In this document: positions 52,451-64,000 of the stretch, piece by piece
Position numbering within the stretch: position 1 is the first letter of the stretch
Layout of the letters: every line of letters begins with the position of its first letter
NCBI GenBank assembly: GCA_030704615.1
Contig: CM060732.1
Span: 15,872,001-15,936,000, forward strand
DNA: 64,000 nucleotides
Direction of reading: 5' to 3'
Origin: Takakia lepidozioides
Lineage: Eukaryota; Plantae; Bryophyta
Notes under the pieces: generated by a model
The model's input: only the letters and a program-made list of their open reading frames with translations
Database searches by the model: none
Told to the model about the DNA's origin: nothing
Program-made: the position numbers and the translations under genes

Positions 52451-52671
52451 TGCCCATTCCGGCTATGACAGTTAGAACACACTTGTATAGACGTGGCTTG
52501 CCACAAAATTTGCAATAAAATGTTGCATTTTAAGTCCACTGGTGCCACATTCCAACTTCACATGACCCTATTTCCGTGCCTCCTAACCCTATTTCCGTGG
52601 ACTCACAATGGTCTGCTCATGCTTTTTTTTTTTCCGCTCATGCTCATGCCGCTCATGAAATAGCAGCCCCC

Positions 52672-52940
52672 CTTGAAGTCCGGCCCTCTTGGGTGAATCT
52701 GCACCCACACTCTATCCCTGCTCCTTCAGCTATCCATGCCTCGCACGAATCATGCATACAACCTTGCCTTGTTGCTAGCAGTTGACGATGACAGCCTAGA
52801 CTTGTTCTAGGAAGCACCCAACTCAACTTATCATACTAGTTCCTACGCTCAATTGCATCTGCTACTCTCTATAATCCAACAAACATTCACCTTCTTGCCT
52901 CGATTGTCCCACCATTGACTGGGGTCAGAAAAGTATTCAC
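52672..52940 (-). pseudogene. 5' part of the OSB-type PDF-motif fragment
   Basis: EYFSDPSQWWDNRGKK|intron|IHPRGPDFK; nucleotide homology, intron included, to 37715-37990. Confidence 0.65.
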
Positions 52941-53925
52941 CCTCGCAAAGAACGGGACATTCTTCCTGGCAGGAAGTGTAGGCCCTACATGTTTTGACCC
53001 GGATCCTAGAATCCTGCACATAACAATCACCCACGAGACCAATGAGAACCACAGTCCGGAAATGCGTTTGACAAAAAATCACCCAGAAGGCTTTGTAAAC
53101 TTACAATGTTTGCACTCACTCGTATTCCGGGTTCTCCTCGGCATCAAAGTCCACTGTCTCTTCCTCTGACTCCGACGAATCCGAGGAATCTTTGGCTTCG
53201 ATGGGAGCCTTCACATTCCGTTGAAGCCCTTCCAGATGGGATCCCCAAACGGATGTGTCCTCCTCGTAGGCAAAGAGGTGTCGGTCGGAAAACCGCCTAG
53301 CCCACATTGAGGCACCTGTTACAATGCCATCCACACATTATAACATGGCCCTTCAGATGTTGCGAATTAAAGCATAACGAGAATTTGCAGAATAGCATAG
53401 TATAAGATTCTGCATACATGTCCCACAGATGAGGTCGAGCACTGTGCCCTCCAGGTCAGTGCATGTCTCCATAATTGTCTGAATGAAGGCAGGGCTCCAA
53501 GTCCGTGAATACCGCAGGGGTTCCGTTGAAGTGAGGCTATGAGGGAGAAGTTCCGTGGGAACGTTGTTGAACAGGACGTCGTAATCGATGGGGTCGCAAT
53601 TCGGGTCAACCAACAATCCATCCTTCCGGAAAGCAAAGGTGGAGTTCTCCTTCACAAAGCAATATGCATCGAACTGCTTCGTCTGCATACACAGTGGGGA
53701 ACGATTAGAAATCGAATGCGGCACCGCATTTCAAAACACCTAACAAAATGAATGGACGAGTGCCAATGTCGTAATTACCTTCTTCCCTTCCGACCGAAGG
53801 CCCAATGTGTTGATGCACGTCCACTTCTTCTTCAGAATTGGGACGGCGCTCTTGCGGGTCCACTTCGTAATTCCTGTCTGCGTGTTTTTGCCTCTGCTCG
53901 CCAGGACAACCACACAGCCTCTGTA
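52941..53925 (-). pseudogene. Divergent paralogue of the methyltransferase half of the cargo gene
   Basis: GCVVVLASRGK, FDAYCFVK, WSPAFIQTIMETCTDLEGTVLDLICGT|GASMWA..RHLFAYEED and RKNVPFFAR; same three intron positions as 51.2-52.0 kb. Confidence 0.8.
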
Positions 53926-54633
53926 TCCCGCCACAAAGTTGAAGACCATTTCTGGTTCTGCCATGTCCGCGACTTCGAGCAACAGCACATTGAAAGCCTG
54001 GACATACCCCCGAATGTCATCTGTTTGCTTCAAATTCCTCATCTTGTCCCGGGCAAGCCAGGACGCGTTGAGGGGCACAAACTGTCTCTTCATCAATTCC
54101 TTGAACCCACTCCAGTTCAAGGTTTCCGGGCTTGGACCTCGGTCGTGAAGGCGTTTCTGCCACCATTGTTGAGCATAGCCCCTCAAATAGGTGGGAGCCA
54201 CTTCCACCCGATCCTCGTCACTCAACTTGGCCGCCCAGAAGTACCGCTCTAGCTCCAGGAGCCAGGTGTTGAGTGCCTTCTGATTTTGGACGCCCTCGAA
54301 GGAGCCGAGTTCCTTAGGCTTCACCTTAAACTTTGCCGAAGTGGAAGTGGCATTAGCCGCCTTCAACATGTCTTTCAACGTCCCGCCAAACTGCGCCAAC
54401 AACCCTTCCCAAAAGGCTGCCGGCATGGGAGGCATCTCTTGGTTTGTCGGAGCTCTCAAGAATTCCTCGGGCTCCGACTCCTCGGATTCCTCCCGCTCTT
54501 GAGCGGCCTCGTTTCGGAAACATGCATCGCTTCCTCAAACGGCCGCCTCGGTGACACGTCGCCCCCATCGGGCTCACCGGGATCATCATCTTTTGGGCCG
54601 TTCCGCTTTCGCTTCGGCTTGCCCGACCCCATG
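53926..54633 (-). pseudogene. gag: Chromovirus gag, 5' part
   Basis: Retrotrans_gag-like WSGFKELMKRQFVP..LKQTDDIRGYVQAF..FNFVAG; breaks at ~53926. Confidence 0.88.
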
Positions 54634-54687
54634 ATGAGGCCAATCCCAAGGACGATCGCGTACTGAACTCTAAGCTCTGATACCAAG

Positions 54688-55409
54688 TGTCGCGCACCTC
54701 CCTTCGGTAAGCTCCCCTTCACGTCATAGTTACTCGCTTTGATGCGCGCCTGACTCCCAACCTGGCCGCCGGGCCAACTTGGAGCTTCGGCTGCTCACCG
54801 GGACATAACGGTCCCCCTTCGCTTCCTACTAACCCTCCACCTATTTGGGACTAGTGGAATTCCCTTTGGTAGATGGCAGTCCGGAACAGCTCCCCACTCT
54901 TTGGTCGCTTTCCGGCTCGCTCGCTTACTCACTAGTTTTTGGTCACCAACGGGCTTGCACCGTTCTCGGGGTTACTACTCCCTATATATACTTCTGTAGC
55001 TGTCCGCGGGGGTTTCACAACCAGCCATGCCATTTTATGGCGAACCACCACGAAAAACCTCGACTCCCGGTGATGAGTCGCGGTGAGTCTTGGCCCGCTC
55101 ACCACGGCCCCTATGGACCGTGATGAGTCCCAAGACTCCCCACGACTCCCACCACGAGGTCTCCGCCCCCATGGTGAGTCCTATGCCACCCCCACTAAGT
55201 CCCGCTATGCTACCACCACCCCTTGTGGAGCCACCCCCACCGCAACCCGGTGTGCGGGGCTCCACCTAGTGAGTGCCTCCGCCTCCTTGAGTGCCTTGGG
55301 CACTCAAGGGTGCTTCAGCCCCCCATACCTATCGCTGCCGCTGCCCCCACCACAGGGGCAGCCCCTCATGTGTCCCGACCCCCTGCCCTCAAGGCAAAGG
55401 GCCGCGACA
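54688..55409 (-). repeat. 5' LTR of the chromovirus, 722 bp
   Basis: TGTCGCG...CGCGACA, with adjacent PBS and TSD. Confidence 0.92.
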
Positions 55410-57380
55410 TGCTCCATGGGCATGTCCGTATCGCTGTCAAAACGAATCATAATGTGTGGGGGCGAAGCTGAGAGGCCCGATACTGGGTCAATTTGAGTGC
55501 CCTTCGATAACTGTGTAAGTGGCAGGAGCTGGCCTTCTCGGCCATCAGGTCTCACTGATGGGTAGTGAAGCTGGGGGGACGTGCGGGTAGGCCTTGGGGC
55601 AATGGCGCATTTCATGAATTTCCGAGTTGCAGAGGCCAATATGTTGAAGCTCAAATGAAGAACACTCCTCTGTTGCAGGAGGTAGTGCAAAGTCCACCGC
55701 ATGCTGCTCGAGCGTGGGATAGCCCATCCAAAATTGCTACATGTTGGAAAAAAATAGGGAGTCATGGTGTGTTGTGGGGCTTGGTGTCCTTGTGCCTTTG
55801 GATTTTCGAATGGCTGCTACCTGCTTCACTGTTGGATTCGCTTGCGGTTCACTTGGTGCGGGGGTTGATAGCTAGGAGCTCCGCTGGCAAAGGGTTTGCT
55901 GTTTGGGGTGGCTCTCATCTCTGCACGGGTATCATTGAGATCAGCGGGGAGTAACTGCAAGATTTTCTTGAGTCTGGTCGTTGCTGGCCTTTGCAGGGCT
56001 TTGTGTGGCGCGGGCCTGGTAAGCGTTCTCTGCTGCAAAGAATAATTCGTCGGAGGGGTGCATATTGCTGGCGTCCATTCCCTCCTCCTGGCGGATGACC
56101 ATGTCATAATCCTTGTCCATTGGACTGGCCATGGACGTAGATTGATGTGTCGAGAGCTGGAGTGAGCTGGATCGTTTGCTACGGGTGACTATGTTAGAAA
56201 GAAGATGGTGGTGCTTTTGGATACTACCCGCCCGTTTCTGGGTACTACCAAGTTTGGAGAGAGAGATGCGTGGGTGGGAGCCTACAGCTGGTAGCTGTGC
56301 GAGAAGGGGGAATGGGCAGGGTGCCAAGCGCGGAGGAGGAAGGCTTAGAGAGAATTGCTAAGGTGGTGGAGGGGAGGAAGTGGCTGCCATGGTGGGTGGG
56401 TGCAGACTATATGCGGGGGCAATATGGCAGCGTTGTGCGAGTTCCTAGCGGCGAGAGCTATTTGGTGTATTAATTGGAACCATTAGCCATTTGTGCCTGA
56501 GCGGCGGCTGTGAGATGCTGGAGTAAGGGGAGGTATTAAGATGTGTAAGCGTATGGCAAGGTGGTGATATGCGTATGTTAGTGGACAACACTGTTCTGTG
56601 TACTTTGTATGAAGTTGGGTGTGGTGGTGTGAGGGTCGGAGTCGGCGCTGAGTTGGATAGAGAGAGGTGGTGAGTACCAAGGGGGGGGGGGGGATATTAA
56701 TCCAACTTAAAGAGTTGGGCATTAAGAGGTTAAAATCGTTGCAGCCTGCGAAAGAGTATATCATTAAATGTGGGTTGGTAGTTAATATCAGGCGTAGGCA
56801 GAGGTAGGGGGTTGTGGATGGGATTGAAATGAACATGGGCTAGTGATGTTGGTTGTGGCATTGATGCCTTTGTTTGATGAACACTGGGGTTTTTGGGGTA
56901 ATTAGTAACATGTTGTGTTCTCCATGCAATGCACAGCGGAGGGGCCTGGGTATGTGTGTTGGTATGCTGGGTGTTGCACATGGCGGGGTGTCAAGTATGA
57001 TTGACAAGTTCCTGGGCAGGGGGTGCCACGTAAGATTGTGGTCAATGGATTTTTGGGCAGGTAGGGCACCGCGTACAAGGCTTGTGATGGCCAAGAGGCC
57101 GAGTTTAAGCGAGGAGGGTGATGTGATATGTGGGTTGGGGGGGGGGGGGGGGGGGGGGGTCGAGTACAGATTGGTGGGGCTAAGATAGCCCTTGCAAATG
57201 GTGAGTGGGCTGTATTGCGCATATGTGGCACCTGAGTGCTGGAGAGATGATGTATGGTTGTGGTAGAGGGCTCTTTAGAATGAGAGGGCAAAATTCTGCC
57301 AGATTTCTGGGATGGGAGAATGTGGTGGGGGGTTCTGTGTGTTGTGGGTATGATAATGGCTATGCTACAAGGGACAGACA
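55410..57380 (-). mobile_element. Degenerate LINE-like 5' region / ORF1
   Basis: C/A-rich sense strand like the 17-19 kb LINE; ORF fragments at 55304-56327. No catalytic motif seen. Confidence 0.35.
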
Positions 57381-57381
57381 A

Positions 57382-60300
57382 TGAGGGTCACAACGGGACA
57401 TACCGGGTAGTGATGGACGTACACTACCTGGCCACAGGCAGAGACGGCTAAGTACACGGTACTTAGCAAATGGCGGGACAAGGGTACATTACCACGGGAG
57501 CAATAATGGGTAGTATAGTAACCGTGGGCCATGAATCACGATATCACACGGCCACGTTAGCATCGGCTTTAACCAATGGAGGGAGTAGTGGACCGTTTAC
57601 CACTATGGCTCACGACCACTGCAACGAGCCATTTTTTTAGCAAACCTTTTAGGTTGCGTAGGCAGTTAGGCAAACGGTCATTAACGACCGCAGACTGTAA
57701 CGGCTCTTTCGAGCATAGTATAAAAAGGTTGCGCGCAACTTAGAGGGAGAGCAATATGAGTATGAGTATCAGTGATCAGTGTGTATTCAGTGTGTACTTC
57801 TGTGATGATGTGACGAACTCTGAAGTAAAGCCATGTTATTCGAAGTATCTCTGTGTAGAGTGAATGTGAGATGGGGAGAATGTGCATTATGAGAGAACGT
57901 GAGATGGTGAGAATGTGTATCATCTCAGCATAATTCTTGTTTTGTCTTGACTAACACCGGCTTATCTGAACAAAGAGGCTTCAGTCCTTTCGACTAAGGT
58001 CTATTATGCCAAAGAGGTTGTAAATTAGGCTTAATCAATACGATTAAGCAGCCTGTAGGGATATGACTTCATACGACGTTCATAGCTTAGCTATCCTGAA
58101 AACGATTACTTCGTAATCGTTTCTGAAAGCATACCGTCGGATAACCTTTGTTGCATGTCTTAGGAAATGGGCAGTAGTGTTGTTAGCCTGTTTTGCCTAA
58201 GTCATAAACCAGCGGTTAATATTTGGCGACCATACTGGGGACTAACGGTATGTTGAGTTCAAGTGAACTCAAGGAAGGATGGTTGCTCAGTGATTTCTTG
58301 AAATCACGAAAGAACGAGTCAACAGAAGCAAAAGAATGGAAAGCATTCCTGAAAAAATTTCATGGCTTACCAATAGCAATACAACAGAAGATCTTTCTTT
58401 CGATTACGAAAGAAGATGACAAATGGAGCTTAAAGGGAGGAGTGATCAGTATCACATGAGCACCTTGGGAATGTAGAATCAGAAGTGAAGAATGGTTGTC
58501 TTGTCTAGCTTTATTGATTACTCTAATCCCGATCAGAAAAGTTTGCTACACTAGTTATATTTTCAGGGAAGGATGTTCAAATTATGAATATTGTCATATG
58601 ATCATAGAAGCAGTAGAGTACTGGATACCCAAAGACTTGTTACAAGTCAGATATACTGAAAAAGACAAATGGTATTATTGTGCCCATTGAAAGATTGGTG
58701 ATCGATCAGTAAAGGGAAAATTAAGTCGTAATACGGATTCTGGCAAGATAGGGTAAATCTTGGAAAAATGGTAGAGACCACTATAATTTTCTTACTGACA
58801 TACCAAGACTGATTAAAGGGTACTGGAAAAGAATTATGTATATGATGTGGGAATGAATGAGGAAACTAAAGACAAAGCTAAACAAGACAGAGCTGAAAGA
58901 ATAGAGAAATATGCTGCAGAAAGGGAAGCTCGGTTGAGAAAAGAGTTCCCAGAATTACAAAACTTGAATATTATTCAAGGTGAGACATCAAGACAAATTG
59001 ACAGTGATAAACCAGAAGATCAGGAAATCGGATCGTTGGAAGTGGGAACACTACTCCAGAAGGAGTTGCCAGTAATACACTTGATGAATGGTTACCACAA
59101 GAAAGATCTGAAGGACCTTCTACAGTAACCAGTCCAAATCGAGGATTTGCTGAAATATTGGAAGAAATACCAGCCATTGTATTTACAACCAACGGGCCAA
59201 GAAGAGTGGGTACACACGAGAGGTGGGGGTACACCAAGTCCAAATCCGACGGGGAGGATCGGATGGACCAAGACGATACAATATGGGTAATCGTTATCAG
59301 AGGCCACGAGATGACTATCCACCACGGGATAGAGAACATCAACCCAGAAACAAAGAAATCACGAGATGCCACTACTGCAAGAAAGAGGGGCACTGGAAAC
59401 ATGAATGCCAGTTGCGAATCAAGCATGAGGCAGAAGTGGGAAATATGGAAGCCGGACCGAGTGTAGCCGTAAGTGTGGTAACCCCTGTAGTGGATACCCT
59501 TGCGGTAACCCGAACTCAGGCCAAGAAACAAAAACCTCCAGATAAGGAGATTGAAGAAGAACGGAAACAATATCCAGAAAGTGCAGCATGGCAGGAAGAA
59601 AAGAGCTTACACCAGGAGGTAAGTAAAGCCATAGCTCAAAGCAAGAGGGAACCCATATACCTTCTGGAGAGTCAACTCCAGATAATCAAATCAGACCAAC
59701 GGTGAAGACCACGAATGCAACCACAGAAACAGAATTGGCTGAAGTAATCTGCCAGACCAAGACCCAAATTACCATTGGACAATTATTAAAAATTGCTCCA
59801 CACTGCAGGAAAACTTTATTTTAGGCAATCGAGGCATTGACCCCCACACCAAAACAAAAACCAACACCAGAGGTTTACACGATTAAACCCATAACTATGC
59901 GACAAACTCCAGACTACGACGAAGCAATACCCGTAATACAAGTACGTATTGGACGGAAGATGGTAACGGATGTACTCATCGATGGAGGATCCGGAGTGAA
60001 TATCATGACAGAGAAGATGAAGAAGTCACTAGGATTGGGGCACATGGAACCTGCTCCATTCACGGTACGAATGGCTGATCAACGAAAAGTGCAACCATTG
60101 GGTATCAGCAGACGACTTGCAATGGAAGTAGCAGGACTGGTATACAAAGTATCGGTAACCATTCTCAGAATGGAGGATGTGGCAGAAGGATATTCACTAC
60201 TACTTGGCCGACCATGGTTAACATAAGCCCAATACACCACGATTGGGGAAGTCAGACTCTCACGATCAAAAAAGGATCAGAACAAGTCACCATCACTATG

Positions 60301-63300
60301 AAGCAACGGGGTACCATTCCACGAGAGAAACGACCTTGCATAGTAGAAGAGTATGACTGTCGGATGTCGGATGAAGAAGAAGCCACAGTATATGTAGCAC
60401 ATCCACAGTTGGAACCTATTGGGCATCTAGTGGTCAAGCATACCACAACAGTAGGATGTCACATGGTGAACACCCAAGGAGAACCAAATACTTCGAGAAC
60501 GGAAGATCCGGAGGAAGAAGCGATGGACACACCTCAACACCCTGCCCGTTTCTATCAAGAAAGAGATGAAGACATTCAAATCAGTGAAGTACCTGCCACG
60601 ATTGCAACCATCGGACAAGAGATTGCAGGATGGACAGTAATGGAAGAAACTCAATTGATTCAAGTGAATCTGGGAACAGTGGAAGAACCGCAGATAATAC
60701 GAGTAAGTGCAGGTCTTGAAGAATCATTTCTACGAGAAGCTACTGCATTATTCACCGAATACAAGGATGTATTTGCTTGGAACTACAAAGATTTGAAGGG
60801 TATACCTTCTAACATCTGTCAGCACCGAATTGAATTGGAAGTTGACACAAAACCAATTCGTCAGAACCGTTACAGAATGAACCCCAACTATGCAGCTAAA
60901 GTTTGGGAAGAAATCAAGAAATTACTGGATGCAGGATTCATATACCCAGTAGAGACACCACAATGGTTATTGCCCATTGTGATAGTACCCAAGAAAAATG
61001 GAAAACTGCGAGTATGTGTGGACTACCGCAAGTTAAGAAAGACCCCTTTCCACTACCTTTTACTGAAATAGTGTTGGACACAGTGGCCGGACATGAGATG
61101 TACTCATTCATGGACGGGTTTAGTAGGTACAACCAGGTGCAAATGGCAGAAGAAGACCGAGAAAAGACCGCATTCATCACTGAATGGGGAGCCTATGCTT
61201 ACAAAGTCACCCTGGGGGTGCACCCCAGCCAACCTGTACCAGCCACGTGCGTGCACAGAAGGGGATATTTTTAACCCTCCCATGTACAACATTATACATA
61301 CATAGTGGGGGTAAGCAACACCTTAAATATAAGTCTACAACACGGGGTTAGCATGATTAGGAGGGTAGTGTAGTGGTAAGGATCACCATTTGTCGCGACT
61401 TTCATAGTGGGTTCAAATCTCACGGTGTCTTGAATTTTTTGAAAACTTTGAAACATGCATATATCGCAATGCAGATTCAAGCTCGAGACCACCTACACAC
61501 CACAACCAACTCCATACCACTAGGCTAGTCCACGATTCTTGAAACTAATGTAATGTTAAACAATAATATACAATAAAGACAATGTTTTGTTTTGTATCAT
61601 TGTTGAGGTCTCCCCAACCGCAGGGCCCCAACCCTGGTGTTTGGTACCATTGGAAAGCCTTCGATGAGGAGGGGTGCACTGGCTTGGTCTCATAATTTTG
61701 GAACTTGCGGTGTGGGAGACCTACATAGTAATACAGGCCGAGGTTTGTTTTTAAATGAATAAATTTGATATAATAAAAAATACATATACATATTTGAGGG
61801 TATTTTTTAATTATTCAAAAAATATATATACATACAGCAGTGGGTACTTTTTAAAATTACATATTTCTATATATTTACAGGAGGGGGTTTTATAATCTTC
61901 AAAATATATGTACAGAGGGGGTATAAATGATCCAAGGACCCGTATGCAGGGGGTTTTTTTATTAGGCGGCAAACGCACGTGATACGGACATTTTATATAG
62001 AGTGCACCCCCCAGGCAAAGTCATGCCATTTGGACTTTGTAATGCACTAGCCACATGTCAACGAGCAGTATCTGAGATATTCAAGAATTATCTCAACGAT
62101 TTTATGCAGGTATTTTTGGATGATTTCAGTGTCTTCGGACCGAAATCCAAACACTTAGCACAGTTAAAACTTTGCTTACAAGCCTGCAGAAACTCAATCC
62201 GGAAAAATGTACATTTTGTGTGAATTCAAGATTATTGTTGGGACACATTGTGTGCCAACAGGGAATTCTGGTGGATCCAAAGAAAGTGGAGGTTATCCAG
62301 AAAATACCACCACCAGAAAATGCCAAGAAACTTAAAAGATTTCTGGGACAGACGAGCTATTACAGAAGGTACATGGACAAATATGCTCACAGAGCAGCAC
62401 CAGTCTATAGACTTCTGAAGCAAGATGCCGAATACCGATGGTCTCCAGCTTGCCAGGAATCATTCGATTCGCCAAAAAGGGCACTCACAGCAGCACCAAT
62501 TCTGATAAATCCAAGATGGGATTTACCATTTCATGTACACAGTGATGCATCAGGCATTGCTTTGGGAGCAGTTCTAGCTCAGAATGTGACAGGCACAATA
62601 GATTCACCAATCTATTATGCAAGCAGATTGTTGACAGCAGCCGAGAAGAACTATAGCACCACAGAAAGAGAAGCATTGGCAATGATTTATGCTGTTCAAA
62701 AGTTTCGGCATTATTTACTTGGCAATCGCTTTAAGTTTATTGTTGATCATCAAGCTCTAGTTCATTTAGCAAATCAACCACTAGCTAGTGGCAGGGTTGC
62801 TCGATGGTTATTACTTCTTCATGAGTATGATTTTGAAGTTGTTCATAAAGCAGGGAGATTACATGTTATAGCAAATCATCTGTCAAGGATTACTACAGGA
62901 GAACCAGCCACGGGGGTAGAGGATCAACTTCCCGACGCATTTCTGTTTGCTGTTCAACCAGAAGCACCAGATGAAGAGACAGATCCTATAGATGCTCTGG
63001 GAATGTTTCAAGGAGACTATCACCTTCCAGATGCTCTTAAACTCATGGATGACACTGATGAAGAAGAGGATTTATCAGATGAAGATGAACCTCTTGATGA
63101 AGGACCTATTATTGAGGAAGAGCCAGATCCAGAAGAGGAAGATGACAAGGAAAACAAAGAAACAAACAATCAAGAATTGGCCAATATCAGTATTGGAGCT
63201 TATACAGTCACCAAAGAAGAATCAGAAGACATTCAAGATCAAGATCAAGATCAAGATGATTGGCAATGGCCAATCAAATACTATCTGAACACAAGGAAAT

Positions 63301-64000
63301 TTCCTGAAGATTACACCAAAGATGACAGGAGGAAGCTTTCAATGAAAAGCAAGCCATACACAGTAATCAAGGGGATTCTGTACAAAAGAGGAATTGACTC
63401 CATAATGAGAAGATGTGTAAACAAAGAGCAAGCCAAAACAGTAATGTAAGAACTACACGAAGGAATTGCAAGAGGACACTTTAGTTCGGACCTGACAACA
63501 AAGAAGATATTATTAGCAAGTTACTGGTGGCTTACTATATTTGGAGATACTTATGAACACTACCAACAGTGTGATGTTTGCCAGAGGATGAGACCAGTAG
63601 AACGAACTGGGAAGGGTACTCTACACCCAATACTACCAACAGAACCATTTCAGCACTGGGGGCTAGACTTTGTGGGACCCATTAAACCTCCAGCAAGGTA
63701 CACACAAAACCAATACATCCTCACAGCCACTGACTACACTACCAAATGGGTAGAGGCCAAGGCACTAAGAGACAACACTGCCATATCGACAGCCAAATTC
63801 TTATATGAAAACATCATCACACGATTTGGTTGCCCACTGGAATTCGTCAGTGATCAAGGATCACATTTTATAAATGATGCCATAAAATGCTTGACGTAGG
63901 AGTTCATGATCGTACATCACAAGAGTACTGCTTACTATCCCCAAGGAAACGGCCAAGCCGAATCTACCACAAGATATTATGCACTATCTTAACCAAGATA
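57382..64000 (+). mobile_element. pol: Ty3/gypsy element with gag, PR, RT, RH and INT (probably non-chromoviral), degenerate, runs off the window
   Basis: PBS-like TGGCGACCATACTGGGGA at 58224. [64 protein letters not shown] and [12 protein letters not shown] limits uncertain. Confidence 0.85.
61210..62015. mobile_element. Non-autonomous TIR element (~806 bp) inserted in RT
   Basis: TIR CCTGGGGGTGCAC / GTGCACCCCCCAGG; TSD CAAAGTCA (61202-61209, 62016-62023); removal restores AYAYKV|MPFGL. Confidence 0.88.

Larger units (their letters stand above)
38282..52671. mobile_element. Mutator-like (MULE) DNA transposon, 14,390 bp, with two divergent genes
   Basis: 9-bp TSD CTTGAAGTC (38273-38281, 52672-52680). 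Imperfect TIRs GAGGTTTGCTATTTCATGAGC / GCTCATGAAATAGCAGCCCCC followed by CATGAGCGG repeats. Removing it rejoins a PDF motif (RGPDFK|LQ). Confidence 0.88.
29247..55409 (-). mobile_element. Chromovirus (Ty3/gypsy) with three LTRs and an ~18-kb internal insert
   Basis: 5-bp TSD TGCTC (29242-29246, 55410-55414). LTRs TGTCGCG...CGCGACA at 54688-55409 and 30155-30873, partial at 29247-29535. tRNA-iMet PBS TGGTATCAGAGC at 54674-54685 and 30141-30152. Confidence 0.92.

Noticed and set aside
57519-58218. Possible TAACCG...CGGTTA non-canonical LTR termini
   Set aside because: No second LTR in the window to test; a 6-bp match may be chance.

Overview
Eukaryotic, almost entirely transposon-derived window with one 500-N gap (6559-7058) and no intact host gene. 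A CACTA DUF4218-type fragment, a chromovirus and OSB-type PDF motifs point to a plant genome, probably a non-seed land plant (inference). It is a deeply nested stack of LTR retrotransposons, LINE fragments and DNA transposons, and several boundaries can be fixed by target-site duplications (TSDs). Two systems stand out. (1) A 14.4-kb Mutator-like element (38282-52671, 9-bp TSD CTTGAAGTC) has a GCM-like/MULE/SWIM transposase on the minus strand, a mirror-symmetric array of GGCGCC-centred palindromes, and a 9-exon plus-strand gene that splices a ParB/Srx-like domain to a beta-class (N4C/N6A-type) DNA methyltransferase fold. Three more fragments of this gene family, with conserved introns, lie in the window. 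(2) A Ty3/gypsy-type element (19800-28775, 4-bp TSD ATAC; second partial copy 7059-8879) has a DNMT3-like C5 methyltransferase after the protease and a PHD finger after the integrase. Its ends are not LTRs but an A...B / B-A-B split-repeat layout. Most ORFs carry stops or frameshifts. All domain calls come from motif recognition by eye, with no database search.
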